DNA from: Zootoca vivipara
Lineage: Eukaryota
DNA: 64,000 nucleotides
Assembly: GCF_963506605.1 (NCBI RefSeq)
Contig: NC_083277.1
Span: forward strand, 24,552,001 to 24,616,000
Reading direction: 5' to 3'
Each line of letters opens with the position of its first letter. The stretch's first letter is position 1. The notes below the pieces were generated by a model. It did not search any database. It saw only the letters and a list, made by a program, of their open reading frames with translations, and was not told the DNA's origin. The translations under genes were made by a program, and so were the position numbers. Of the stretch, positions 38,420 to 48,800 are shown piece by piece.

Positions 38420-39559
38420 ATCTAAATGCTAACTCTCAGTTGTTCCAAAGCACCGTGTGTGGTGTACTTGCACATGTATTACTCTGCTTCCCTTTTTCTG
38501 GTGTTTCCCCTCCCTTCTTGGACCTTTTGGTTCAGCACTATTTCAGATCCTGCTGGTCAGAAAAATCAGCCGCATATGCACGCCCAGCCTTCCTTGGATC
38601 CCAGCCAACATTATTAAATGTGCCTTAAATCATCATAATGTGGCATGAGCTAGAAGTGCACAAAACGAAATACGCAAGTGCTGATTAATAGTGCAAATGT
38701 TCACTATTTCCTTTAAAGTGTCCCTCATTTGAAGTATAATATATATTTTTTAATCCTCCTAGGTGAATTAAGTGGTATGAAATCATTTCCCTGGTGCAAG
38801 AAATAGCCCTAGATAAAGGCCAAGAACCGACACAGTCCACACAGCTATATAGTTTTCAACTTGGAAGCTTTGATAGCAAATGAGGCAAGCCTTGAACAGT
38901 GTGTTGACTCTTGGACAGGGGATCGGAATAAAAGCACTTACCGGATGGGGGGGTTGCACATATAGATCTCTTGGGTCTTAGCTGCTGTGACCATTTATGG
39001 ACCCACAGTTACAAAATTTTCCTAGGCATAAGCATGTACAGTTAAAGAAGAGCGCTGTTATTTTTAAAATAAAAAATAAATACACCTGCTCCTTAATCTC
39101 TTCAGTTTGTGTGTTTTTGAAATCTTAATATATGAATTTAAGAAGGTTTTCCTCCCGTTTTCTTAACTATAGCATCATATATAGATTTCTATATAAATGT
39201 AAGAGAGATGTGGCTTCCACTTGACTTACAATGTATAGTATATGTCAGTAACACTGAACTGTTAGAATATGACAGTATGATTCATTTTTCTAGTTTTACT
39301 TTAATTTATATTTCTTTACAAAGCATGCTCATTGAGTCTGTGTGGTTTCTTTCTCACGGATTCTAAAAAGAAGAGGGGCGTAGGTGTAAAGAAAAATACA
39401 AGTGTGGCGATACCTTTACTTGCTTTCACATCGTAAACTCAAAAGCAACTTTGGGGGTTAGTTCTGCATTGAAATAAACAAATTCAATTTCTGAACGAAG
39501 CAAAAATTGTTATTGTTGTTTGTGTTATTATTATTTGTATTATTATTTGTATTTAACAG

Positions 39560-39642
39560 AGAGAGAATTTGATCCTGATATCTACTGTGGCGTCATTGAC
39601 ATAGAAACGAAGAAACCCTGTACTAGGTCTTTGACATGCAAG
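39560..39642 (+). CDS. ATXN7: Ataxin-7 coding exon, SCA7 domain start (EREFDPDIYCGVIDIETKKPCTRSLTCK)
   Basis: aacag|AG...CAAG|gtagga; 83 bp; SCA7 Zn-binding Cys pattern. Confidence 0.98.
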
Positions 39643-40931
39643 GTAGGATGCCTTCTTAATGAACTAAATTTTCTGAACTTCAGGACAGAGAAGTCAAAGT
39701 ATGATTTAGGTGATTCAGACAACTCCCTGAAAACAACTTAGAAAACTCTGTTATGGAAGCTAGTAAGAAGGTTAGAGCTAGACTGTAATAGGAAGAAAAT
39801 CTAGTTTAATTTAAATCTTCATTTATGTGTTTTCAGACAATGTATCTAAATGATTCCAGTTCCTCCCTCCCACCTACTTTTTTTTAAAAATGGGAGATCC
39901 TCAAATAGGTTTTGGCAAAATAGGGAGTTCTGCTTAAATACGGCTTCATCTTTTGACATGGGGAATAAAGGCAAGGCCACAGGAAATTCTGATGAGAAAA
40001 TTCAGATACTGGAATTACTATTCTAAAATAATGCAAATGAAATGATTTTTTTAAAAAAGCAAATGCAGTACGTATAAAAATACAGTTCAGGTGTACTCTG
40101 AATTGCATTCACATTGTTACCTCCGCTCCCTTACTAGGGCAATACTGCAAACCTCTTTGCTGTCCTTATTACCAAAGATGATGTACAACTGTGAATTTGT
40201 GGCTGGGTATGAACTGGTACTAAAAATGTAGGGTAGGGTATTTATAGCTATAACTTGTTGAAGAATGGCTTGTACACAAAACCCTTTAACTGCTGTGCAC
40301 AACACCTATATTTCCAGCAGAGGGAGCACCAGCTAATGTAATTTAACAAAATGGCATTTCTATGTTTAAGTGGGTATTAATGAAATTTAAGAAACACCAT
40401 TATATTATATCACAAACACTGCAGAACTTCGATACACAATCCAGTGTTAATTCCCGTACTATATATGGTTAGGACCATATGTACTGAATTTGATTTACTG
40501 TACCATGAGCTAAGAAACTCCATGATTACGACGTTTTAATGGGTTTAATGTTCACTTTTAATATCTTCTTAATGCCAGATGCAAGTATGGCACATGGCAT
40601 TTTCAGGTCTTGTTTGAAAGTTTTGCCTGTCACTTCATGCCAGTTCATATATTTATGCAGCCAGACATATGATACATATAATAGGCTCTTTCCCATTTTC
40701 CTCTCTGTATTCCTGGTATTCTTCCTTCTATCCATTTTTGGGCTCTGTGGATTAGGTTGGAGTTCCTTCTTGGCCAGGTCTCCCCACCACTACCAATTCT
40801 CCCCATTCCACTGTTCCTAATCCAAAAATGCTTCATAAATGACCACACTACCCACCTCCCCATATGTATTGTGCTCTGTTTTCCTAAAAGCAAACAGCTT
40901 TGATGTTGTTTCCTAAAAGCTTTGATGGTGT

Positions 40932-40998
40932 TTCCTGCTTGGCAGGGGGTTGGACTGGATGGCCCTTGTGGTCTCTTCCAACTCTATGATTCTATGAT
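40932..40998 (+). mobile_element. CR1 LINE 3' tail
   Basis: Same tail as the 36410 copy. Confidence 0.85.
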
Positions 40999-41120
40999 AA
41001 ATCTGCACTAGTAAAATGCCAGACAAAACAATACCTTGGTATATTCAAGGCTTGGTTTTACATATATTGCACAAATATACCTCTTCAACGTGGAGTAATT
41101 GGTTACCTTTTAATTTCCAG

Positions 41121-41386
41121 ACACATTCCCTAACTCAACGGAGAGCTGTACAGGGTCGAAGGAAACGATTTGATTTATTACTAGCTGAGCACAAAAGCAA
41201 AACCAGGGAAAAAGAATTACTCCGCCATTTGGATCATCATCAGCAGATGCCCCCTCTCAGGGAACCACATCCCTCACCTTCAAGAACTTCCCAGGAGCTG
41301 CACCAAAATTCTCATGGAGTTATTCCTACAGAATCAAAGCCTTTAGTACCTACTAAACCCAAACCTCACACCCCCAGTCTTCCAAG
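41121..41386 (+). CDS. ATXN7: Ataxin-7 coding exon (THSLTQRRAVQGRRKRFD...PHTPSLPR)
   Basis: ttccag|ACA...CCAAG|gtaaat; 266 bp. Confidence 0.97.
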
Positions 41387-42447
41387 GTAAATAAAATCAC
41401 CCAGTGACTTTGGTAGCCCTTTGGTGAGGGAACTTGAGGAATTGTGACTTTCTGCATTCAGCCTGGTGAATCCTTGCTTGTCTGGTCCATCTGCTCCATT
41501 TTGTGCCACTCCAGGTAGCACCAGCTCTCCCATTTTAAGATTCTTTCGCCCTCAGTGTCTGCACTGACCCATACCACAGTCTCACATTAGAATTCCTATG
41601 ACACCAGTATATGCAGTGCAGCATGCTTTTATGTTGCACTTTCACAAGCTCTGGATTGATCTGAATTAGCTCTGCTTATTAAGCTCAGCATGGTAACAAG
41701 TTAATGAGCATAAATGATCAGACCACCTAGATATTTTCAGGGTAAAGCGGCAGCCCAGATCACTGAGACCTGTTCCACAGTTGAGAAGCATGAGAACATT
41801 AATAGAGCAGCGGCTGAAGGCTGTAAATGCCAAATAGTTGAAAAGGTTTGGTCAAAGTCTCCATTCTTATGAATTGGAGGCCCGGAGTCGCCATATGCCT
41901 CTCTCTAGAGCCGAGAAACATTTCTGCAATTAGTCTGGCCTTTGGTTAAAAATAAAAATCCTATCAACACATTGTGTGAGCGGAAGGTTTTTCCAGGCAA
42001 TCTGTGTAAGGTAAGCTTTAATTTCTAAGAACGACTGTTAAGCAAGCGCTCTAAGGCAGAAGGCGTTGTAGTTACCAAAGGCCCAGTGTATTTTCGGCAT
42101 TTGAACTGTCTCCTGTACTTTCTGTGTCGGAAGAGCTGTGCAACCTTTGATTCAGCAGAAGGGTGCATTAATGTAAGACAGAGAGAGGAGAGTTTCCACC
42201 AATTTCTCCCTGCAGCCCCCCCCCACTGTCAATTCTGTGTGGGTTTTGTAGGGTTCCCCAACTCTCTAGAACAGATTTTCAGGGATCTACAATGGTCCAA
42301 TGTTGTGTGATTATTATTATTTTTGTAAGAAACTATTACTCTTCATGCATGTGCATTTGTGTTGTAATTTCATGTTAAAATACAAATTTTAACAGCTTGG
42401 ATATGTGAGATAGATGATGTTTGTTTCTACTGCTCAAACCACTACAC

Positions 42448-42583
42448 CAGCCTTTCCCAGCCTGCTGCCCTCCAGATATTGTTGGATTACTGCCCCCATC
42501 ATCTCTGGCCGCTATCCATGCTGTCTGGTGCTGATTATAATTGTTGTCCTTAACATCTGAGGGTACCAGGTTGGGGGAGGCTG
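42448..42583. mobile_element. Diverged ~136-bp hAT MITE
   Basis: CAGCCTTTCCCAGCCTG...CAGGTTGGGGGAGGCTG with a decayed version of the 17171/38284 core. Confidence 0.65.
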
Positions 42584-42913
42584 AATTTACACCAACTCTC
42601 AGTTCATCAGAGTGCTCTGAAGCCTTTGATTGCCAGAAAGGTTAGAAAAGAGAGGGAGCATGTGGATCTCCCTCTGTTTGCTGTTCTTCTTAGGCTGCTT
42701 GTCATCAACCTCTAGTGAAGTGCATATTGCTTCCTTTTGACACTGCTGTGGGATTGGTCTGCCAATCCATTGTGCCATTTTGCATATATAATATAGGAAG
42801 AAGTCCTATGCTCTAAATCTAAGACCTTTGCTCTATAAAAATGCATTAATACATTTTTAAGCCAAGTTATAAAGCATTCATTGGTATTTAACTATGATTC
42901 TTCTTTTATGAAG

Positions 42914-43112
42914 GCCTCCCAGCTGCCCAGCCCAACAAAGTGGGAATGCCCCAAATGAATCTCCATCAGTCCATGAATCTCCACATGCTCCCTTACCTGC
43001 AGCTGAGCCAGCATCTCGGTTATCCAGCGATGAGGGAGAATGTGATGAAAAAGAAGAGCCTGTTGAAAAACTGGATTGTCTTTATTCAGATCATCATCCT
43101 CAACCAGCTGCT
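42914..43112 (+). CDS. ATXN7: Ataxin-7 coding exon (PPSCPAQQ...SRLSSDEGECDEKEE...HHPQPAA)
   Basis: gaag|GCCT...GCT|gtacgt; 199 bp; translated by hand, frame not listed in the ORF track. Confidence 0.95.
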
Positions 43113-43622
43113 GTACGTTTCCCAATTTATATTTTCCTTGTATTTCCCTTGCTTAGTGTTTTAAATGTGTGTATAAGCAGCAATACTTCATGTTCTCTAG
43201 AGGAAGGAGCATTCAGATGTAGCTGTGGGTCTGGATACAGAATACTGCTGAATACTGAATCACTGGGGTTGGTTGCAATTGATGTGGTAGGCATTAAATT
43301 ATTCTGAGACACAAGAAGCTAGCATGGTGACAGAGAAGCTGAAAGGCTGCCTTTAGCATCATATTCCACAGAGAATTAAGATCTTTGGGCAGGATCGACT
43401 GCTCTATAACATACCGGTATATATAGTATATTTGTTGGATTCCTTCAGCTGGAAGTTCTGAGCTGTAAGAGAGCCACAGATAATCATGAATGCTTATGAT
43501 TCTTTCTGTAAGTTGTTTTACTGCAACTGTTTTATTTGTCTTTGCATTATTTTATATTTGCTAATATGCAACATCTGGTTGAGAAATTTACTAAAGTAAA
43601 TTGGTTTCCCTCCCCCCCCCAG

Positions 43623-43744
43623 TTTTGCACATTTGGTAGTCGACAAATTGGAAGAGGTTACTACGTGTTTGATAAGCGGTGGAACCATATTCGATGTGCA
43701 CTTAATGTCATGGTGGACAAGCATCTTAACTCACAGATGTGGAA
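43623..43744 (+). CDS. ATXN7: Ataxin-7 coding exon (FCTFGSRQIGRGYYVFD...HLNSQMWK)
   Basis: cccag|TTT...TGGAA|gtgagt; 122 bp; conserved ATXN7-family block. Confidence 0.97.
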
Positions 43745-44356
43745 GTGAGTAGAAACAGAACAGGCTGTCATATATCTCATTGTGAAGTGGGGTGTTTTGC
43801 ACGCACGGGGTGAAGGAGGAAAACGCGTTTTCTTTTGCAGTTAAGGAGTGTTAACATTACGCATCAACACATTGTCTTAGGCGTTTCTGAATTAATGGAA
43901 ATGATCCATTTCCTAAACTGAGGCATCCTTCCCAATTAATGAACTACCAGTGTAGCCCAGCACAAGAGAGGTAACACATGTAAACATTGTTAGATCATTT
44001 GCTAGTTTCAGGGAGCCAACCCAGAGGTCTGAGCGAGAGAACCTTTTTGGACAGAAGAGAGCAGAAAAACCAGATTTCCTTGACAACTTCTGAATACCAG
44101 TTGCTGGAAAATGCAGGAGAGAAGAATAGTGTTGTGCTCAGGTCCTGCTTGCAGGTTTCCCATGGATCTCTGGTTAGCCACTGTGATAACAGAGTGTTGG
44201 ACTAGAGGCACCATTGGCCTGGTCCAACAGAGCTATTACCAGGTTCTTGGGAGGAGAGATTTGGACATTGCTTTCTTCAAAATTAATCTGTTAGGTTACC
44301 AGCAAGAATGCTGGCAACCCTTAGTGAAGCTAGGTGGACAAGAGGGATCCCTGCTA

Positions 44357-45561
44357 CCGTGTTTCTCCTATTTTAAGACGTATTCATAAAATAAGCCGTA
44401 GCAGGATTTTAAAGCATTTGCGAAATATACAACATACCCCCAAAAATAAGCCATACCCATGAGCTGCACGGAGCGAGACCGCCAAGCACCCCAGCCAGCC
44501 AGCGGGACCAAGCACGACGGCCGCGGCAGGAGGAGGCCTGCCGGGTCGGTGCCCAGTAGTGCCGCGCGGAGTGCCCCAAGCTTCCTGCCCTGTTGCTGCT
44601 GCTGGCTCCCGGAGGCTTGGGGAGCTCTGCGTGGCGCTGCTGGGCGCCGACCCAGTAGTCTGCCTCCGGGAGCCAGCAGCAGCAACAAGTCCGAGGATCT
44701 CGCTGGCTTCCTCCATCCCCTTGATTTCTGGGTTGATGAGTTGGTTTGGAGAGGCGGACGGCAGAAAGAGTGAGTGTGTGTGTGTGTGAGAGGGAGAGAG
44801 AGAGAGAGAGGAGAAAACAAGCCCTCCCTTGCTGGTCAGGGGCGGGAGAAAGGTCCCAGATTCTCTAGGTTCCCCTTCCTCCCTCTCCGAGTTTAATGGG
44901 TGTTTGGCTGTGGCGACGGCATCCCCAGTCTGCCGATGTGAACAAGAGGGGAAGAGCGAGAGCTGTGGAATGCCATCCTGCAATGTTGAAATTGCCATTG
45001 TAATTTCCGCTCCCTGCTCTGTTGCCTCGCTCGCTTTCCACCTCCGCGAACCCCCCGCCCCGTCCTTCTTTCTTCCTCCCCCTCCCCTTTTCAGTGATCC
45101 TCTTTTCCTCTCTGCCCTCCCCCCATGCACTCCGGTGTCTGATTAAATGAGAAGGAAGTTTGGGAGTGGAGGCTGCAAAGCTCTCCCTTTAAGAGGCAGC
45201 CTGCAATGACGAATTGTTGAAATTGCCATTGCAGGCTGCCTCTTAAAGGGAGAGCTTCACTCCCACACTTCCTTCTCATTTAATCAGACACCGGAGCACG
45301 GGTGAGCGAGCCAACGGAGCAGGGAGTTTTTTGTTCAAGTGGGGCGGGAAGGAAACCCACCTGATCACTTCTTGGAGTGGTTTAAAGCCACAGCGTCCCC
45401 TGGTAAAAGGCTGAGATTTCTTCACCATCCCTGTTTACTTGCTACAGCCTTTCTCCTTCTTCCCCCAGTGTATTTTAAGACACCCCTTGAAAATAAGCCA
45501 TATGCTTATTTTCTTGAGTAAAATAAATACAAGACGGTGTCTTAAAATAGGAGAAACACGG
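44357..45561. mobile_element. Non-autonomous Tc1/mariner (Tc2-like TIR) element, 1205 bp, with CpG-rich cargo
   Basis: TA TSD; perfect 23-bp TIR CCGTGTTTCTCCTATTTTAAGAC; subterminal AAAATAAGCC repeats. Confidence 0.9.
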
Positions 45562-45736
45562 TATCTAATTCTGATGGTCATTTGTGTAGGGCTGCTTACA
45601 GCATAGGCCTTTGACTCTGTGCCCACTGTACATTTTCAGTCTTCCTTCCGTTAAGGTAGCAGATTTTTTAATTTCAAGTGGGCAAGATAGAATTAACCCA
45701 TGGAACATTAATGACCTGCTTTTCCCTGCCGCCTAG

Positions 45737-46682
45737 GAAAATTCCTCCAGCGACAAGCAACACTACATCCTTGCGCGCTCCACACCGGACAAGCTCGACA
45801 CCTGTGTCGCAGTACGGCTCCAGCACAACAGGTTTCCTCTTGCCCGCCACAGCTATGCCCTCGCCAGCACACGTGTCTCCTTCCTGTTTATCCCTCAGTG
45901 GGAAATCGGTACCATCCCACGGGACTACGCTCAATGCCAACCCTGCTAGTTTTGGTGCAGCAGAACCTGCCTGCAGTATGCAATCAAGACAAGTGTCTAC
46001 ATCCCCTTCCACGCCTCCAGTGCTTTCCTCGGTACCGTCGCCTCTGTCCAGCAAACCTCAGAAATTGAAATCCAGCAAGTCTTTCAAGCCTAAGGAATCT
46101 TCTGCTAGCAGCGCCAACTGCAACAGTACCAGTAGCAACAGCAGCGGTGGCAGCTCAGGAAAGAAGCGTAAGAACAGTTCTGCGCTGCCAGCACCTTCTT
46201 CTCATTCCACAGAGTCCTTTAGGAAGAACTGTGTGGTAAACTCTGGAAACTCTGGGGCTTCTTATCACTCGCCTGGGATGTCTTCGTCCCACAGCCTCAA
46301 CTGTATGACTGGTAAAGCTAACTCGGTTAGCCTCAAACATGACCAATCAGGGAGGGGCCCTCCGACTGGGAGCCCTGCAGAATCTATAAAAAGAATGAGT
46401 GTGATGGTGAACAGTGGCGATTCCACCCTGTCGTTGGGGCCATTCATTCACCAGTCCAGCGAGCTGACTGTCAACTCGCATGGCGGGTTTTCACATTCAC
46501 ATCCTTCCCTAGACAAATTCATAGGAAAGAAAAGAAAGTGCTCGCCTGGTTCAAGCAGCATAAACAGCAGCAGCAAAGCAAACAAGGTTGCCAAATTGCC
46601 GCCAGTGAACAACATTCATACGAAACACGCTGGTGCAATCCCAGGGACACAAGGACTGATGAACAATTCTATCCTTCATCAG
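45737..46682 (+). CDS. ATXN7: Ataxin-7 large Ser-rich coding exon (KIPP...GKKRK...PAESIKRMSVMVN...ILHQ)
   Basis: cctag|GAAA...CAG|gtatga; 946 bp; within ORF 45678..46688; two KKRK NLS-like motifs. Confidence 0.97.
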
Positions 46683-46836
46683 GTATGAAATCTTACTTGG
46701 GCCATATTGATATCCAGACAAGTTACTTTGACAAATTCCCATTCCGGACAGTACTTGCCTACTGGAGGTGATTTTTTTTCTTGTCAGAGATGTTGGCGCT
46801 GGATATCTTGGGTGTATGCTTCGCTTCGCAAAATGG

Positions 46837-46837
<1 letters not shown>

Positions 46838-46890
<53 letters not shown>
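46838..46890. repeat. (ATT)n microsatellite
   Basis: Seen directly; source of the poly-I/poly-Y ORFs. Confidence 0.95.
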
Positions 46891-46892
<2 letters not shown>

Positions 46893-47087
46893 CTCCCCCC
46901 CCCATGGATGCTGTTGCTTGTTGGAAGCATTATTCCCTTTCATCTTTTGGGACTTGTTGAATTTTTAAGACATGGCACAGATTCCTTGTTGGGGGAAATA
47001 GCACGATCCAGCTGGGCTCACCTATATATCCTGAAGGGCTTTTCTGTTTTCAGCTATGAGAAACCAACGACTTCTTCATGTTTGAGG

Positions 47088-47990
47088 ATATTATTATTAT
47101 TTATTAAATTTGTATGTTACGTTTCATCCAAAGATCCCAGAGCAGTTCACAAAATAAAAATACAAAATACATAATAAAGCAAAAGCAAAATTTTTACCAA
47201 TGAACCCTGCTTCCATAAACACATTTAAAAGGCCATAGAATAGCCAAAGCTCTGGTTATAGAGAAAAGATTTTGCCTGGAGCCTAAAGATATGTAATAAA
47301 GACACCAGGCAAGCCTCTCTCTAGGGAGGGCATTCCACAAACGGAGCCACCGCAGAAAGGGGACATTTTTGTGTTGCTGCCCTCCAGACCTCTCATGGAG
47401 GAGGCACACAAAGAAAGGCGACAGATGATTGCAGGGCCCAGGTCAGTTCATACAGGGAGAGGTGGTCCTTGATGTATTGCATTCTTCGGCTATTTAAGGC
47501 TTTATAAGTCAGAACCAGCCCTTTGAATTGGTCCTGGAAACTAATCGGCAGCCAGTGCAGTCGGGCCAGGATTGATGTAATACAGTATGCTCAAACCTTT
47601 TTGCCCTGGTGAGCAACCTGGCCACTGAATTCTGCACCAGCAGAGGCAGCCGTATGTATAACGTGTTGCAGCAATCTAACCTAACGGTTATCAGAGCAGA
47701 GACAACAGAAGTTAGACTTGGGGTGCAGCTGGGCCACCAGCCGAAGCTGAGAGAAGGCACTCCACACCAATGAGGCTACCTGAGTCTGAAGCAACAGCAA
47801 AGGATCTAGAAGTATTCCCAAGTATTCCCACTCCTTTATCGAGGGAATGTAACGCCATCAAGAGCAGGCAACCTCCCACCCATCCAGTCTAGGGAACCAC
47901 CCACTGACAGTGCCTCAGTCGTCTCTGGCTTGAACTTCCGTTTGTTGGCTCTCATCCAGTCCATTCCTTCACATAGCCAGAAACAGGTAC
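47088..47990 (-). mobile_element. L2 LINE fragment
   Basis: Remnants RLDCCN.LY..LP, LVQN..ARLLT and WMRANK.K.KP..TE typical of L2 ORF2 C-terminus; AT-rich tail. Confidence 0.8.
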
Positions 47991-48782
47991 CCCATGGGGC
48001 TGCTTGCAAGTTGGAAGAGCTTAGTTGTGCCATTGAAAACAACTCAAACAGATAGCTTTGTGCCAGTGGGATTCAAGTCTGTTTGCCTTTCGCCAGATTG
48101 CCAGCTTGTAGCTTAAATACCACTAGTGGATCAACTCATAGTTTTTGTTTTTCAAAACTGCTGCACCCGCCAAGAAAAGCAGCGCTGATTTTATTATTAT
48201 TTTAACAGGACATAATGGGTTACATAGTTATTTATTTGATAATTACTGGTCATCTCGGCAACCAGGGGCAGGTGCCTTATTGCAAACGAACAAGTTGCTG
48301 ATTGGAATTGACAATATTATACCACAATGAACTAAAGGGAGGATATGGGACTGGTCAGTAAAACAGAAATTCATGTTTTTTTAATCAGTAACCTTACCGA
48401 AATTTTAGAAGCCACTTCATAATTTTCAACCTTGATGACAAGTAATTGAACTTTGCCCATATACTGTGTTTTGTTTTTGTTTTTAAAAAGATTTTCCTTT
48501 GACGCATAAGAAAGGGAGGGGTCAAGTAGATTAGTTTTTTGCTGTTGCTGTGACAAAGAACCCTATACAGAAATATGCCTAACAAATCTGATGATAAAGC
48601 AATAAAATGCATATAGCTTTTCCCCACCCCAAGAAAGTCGATGTTTGGTTGCTAACCTGTTGCCACTGAATTTTGCCAGAGCATGTTTTGGGGTTCCCAG
48701 GTGATATAAGTGGGCATAGCTTTATCACTTAGTATATTTAATATTTATTTATCTGTTTTTCCTCTTTTCATTTGTGTGAAAG

Positions 48783-48800
48783 CCAAAGGCTCGTCCCTAA
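48783..48800 (+). CDS. ATXN7: Ataxin-7 last coding exon (PKARP*)
   Basis: pyrimidine tract, aaag|CCAAAGGCTCGTCCCTAA; PKARP is the known ataxin-7 C-terminus. Confidence 0.93.
   Translation, partial: PKARP

Noticed and set aside
44368-45146. Long ORFs (248, 150, 104, 105 aa) in the GC-rich block
   Set aside because: Low-complexity products of GC-rich transposon cargo, with no recognisable domain or transposase motif
46551-47174. Poly-Ile and poly-Tyr ORFs
   Set aside because: Produced by the (ATT)n microsatellite
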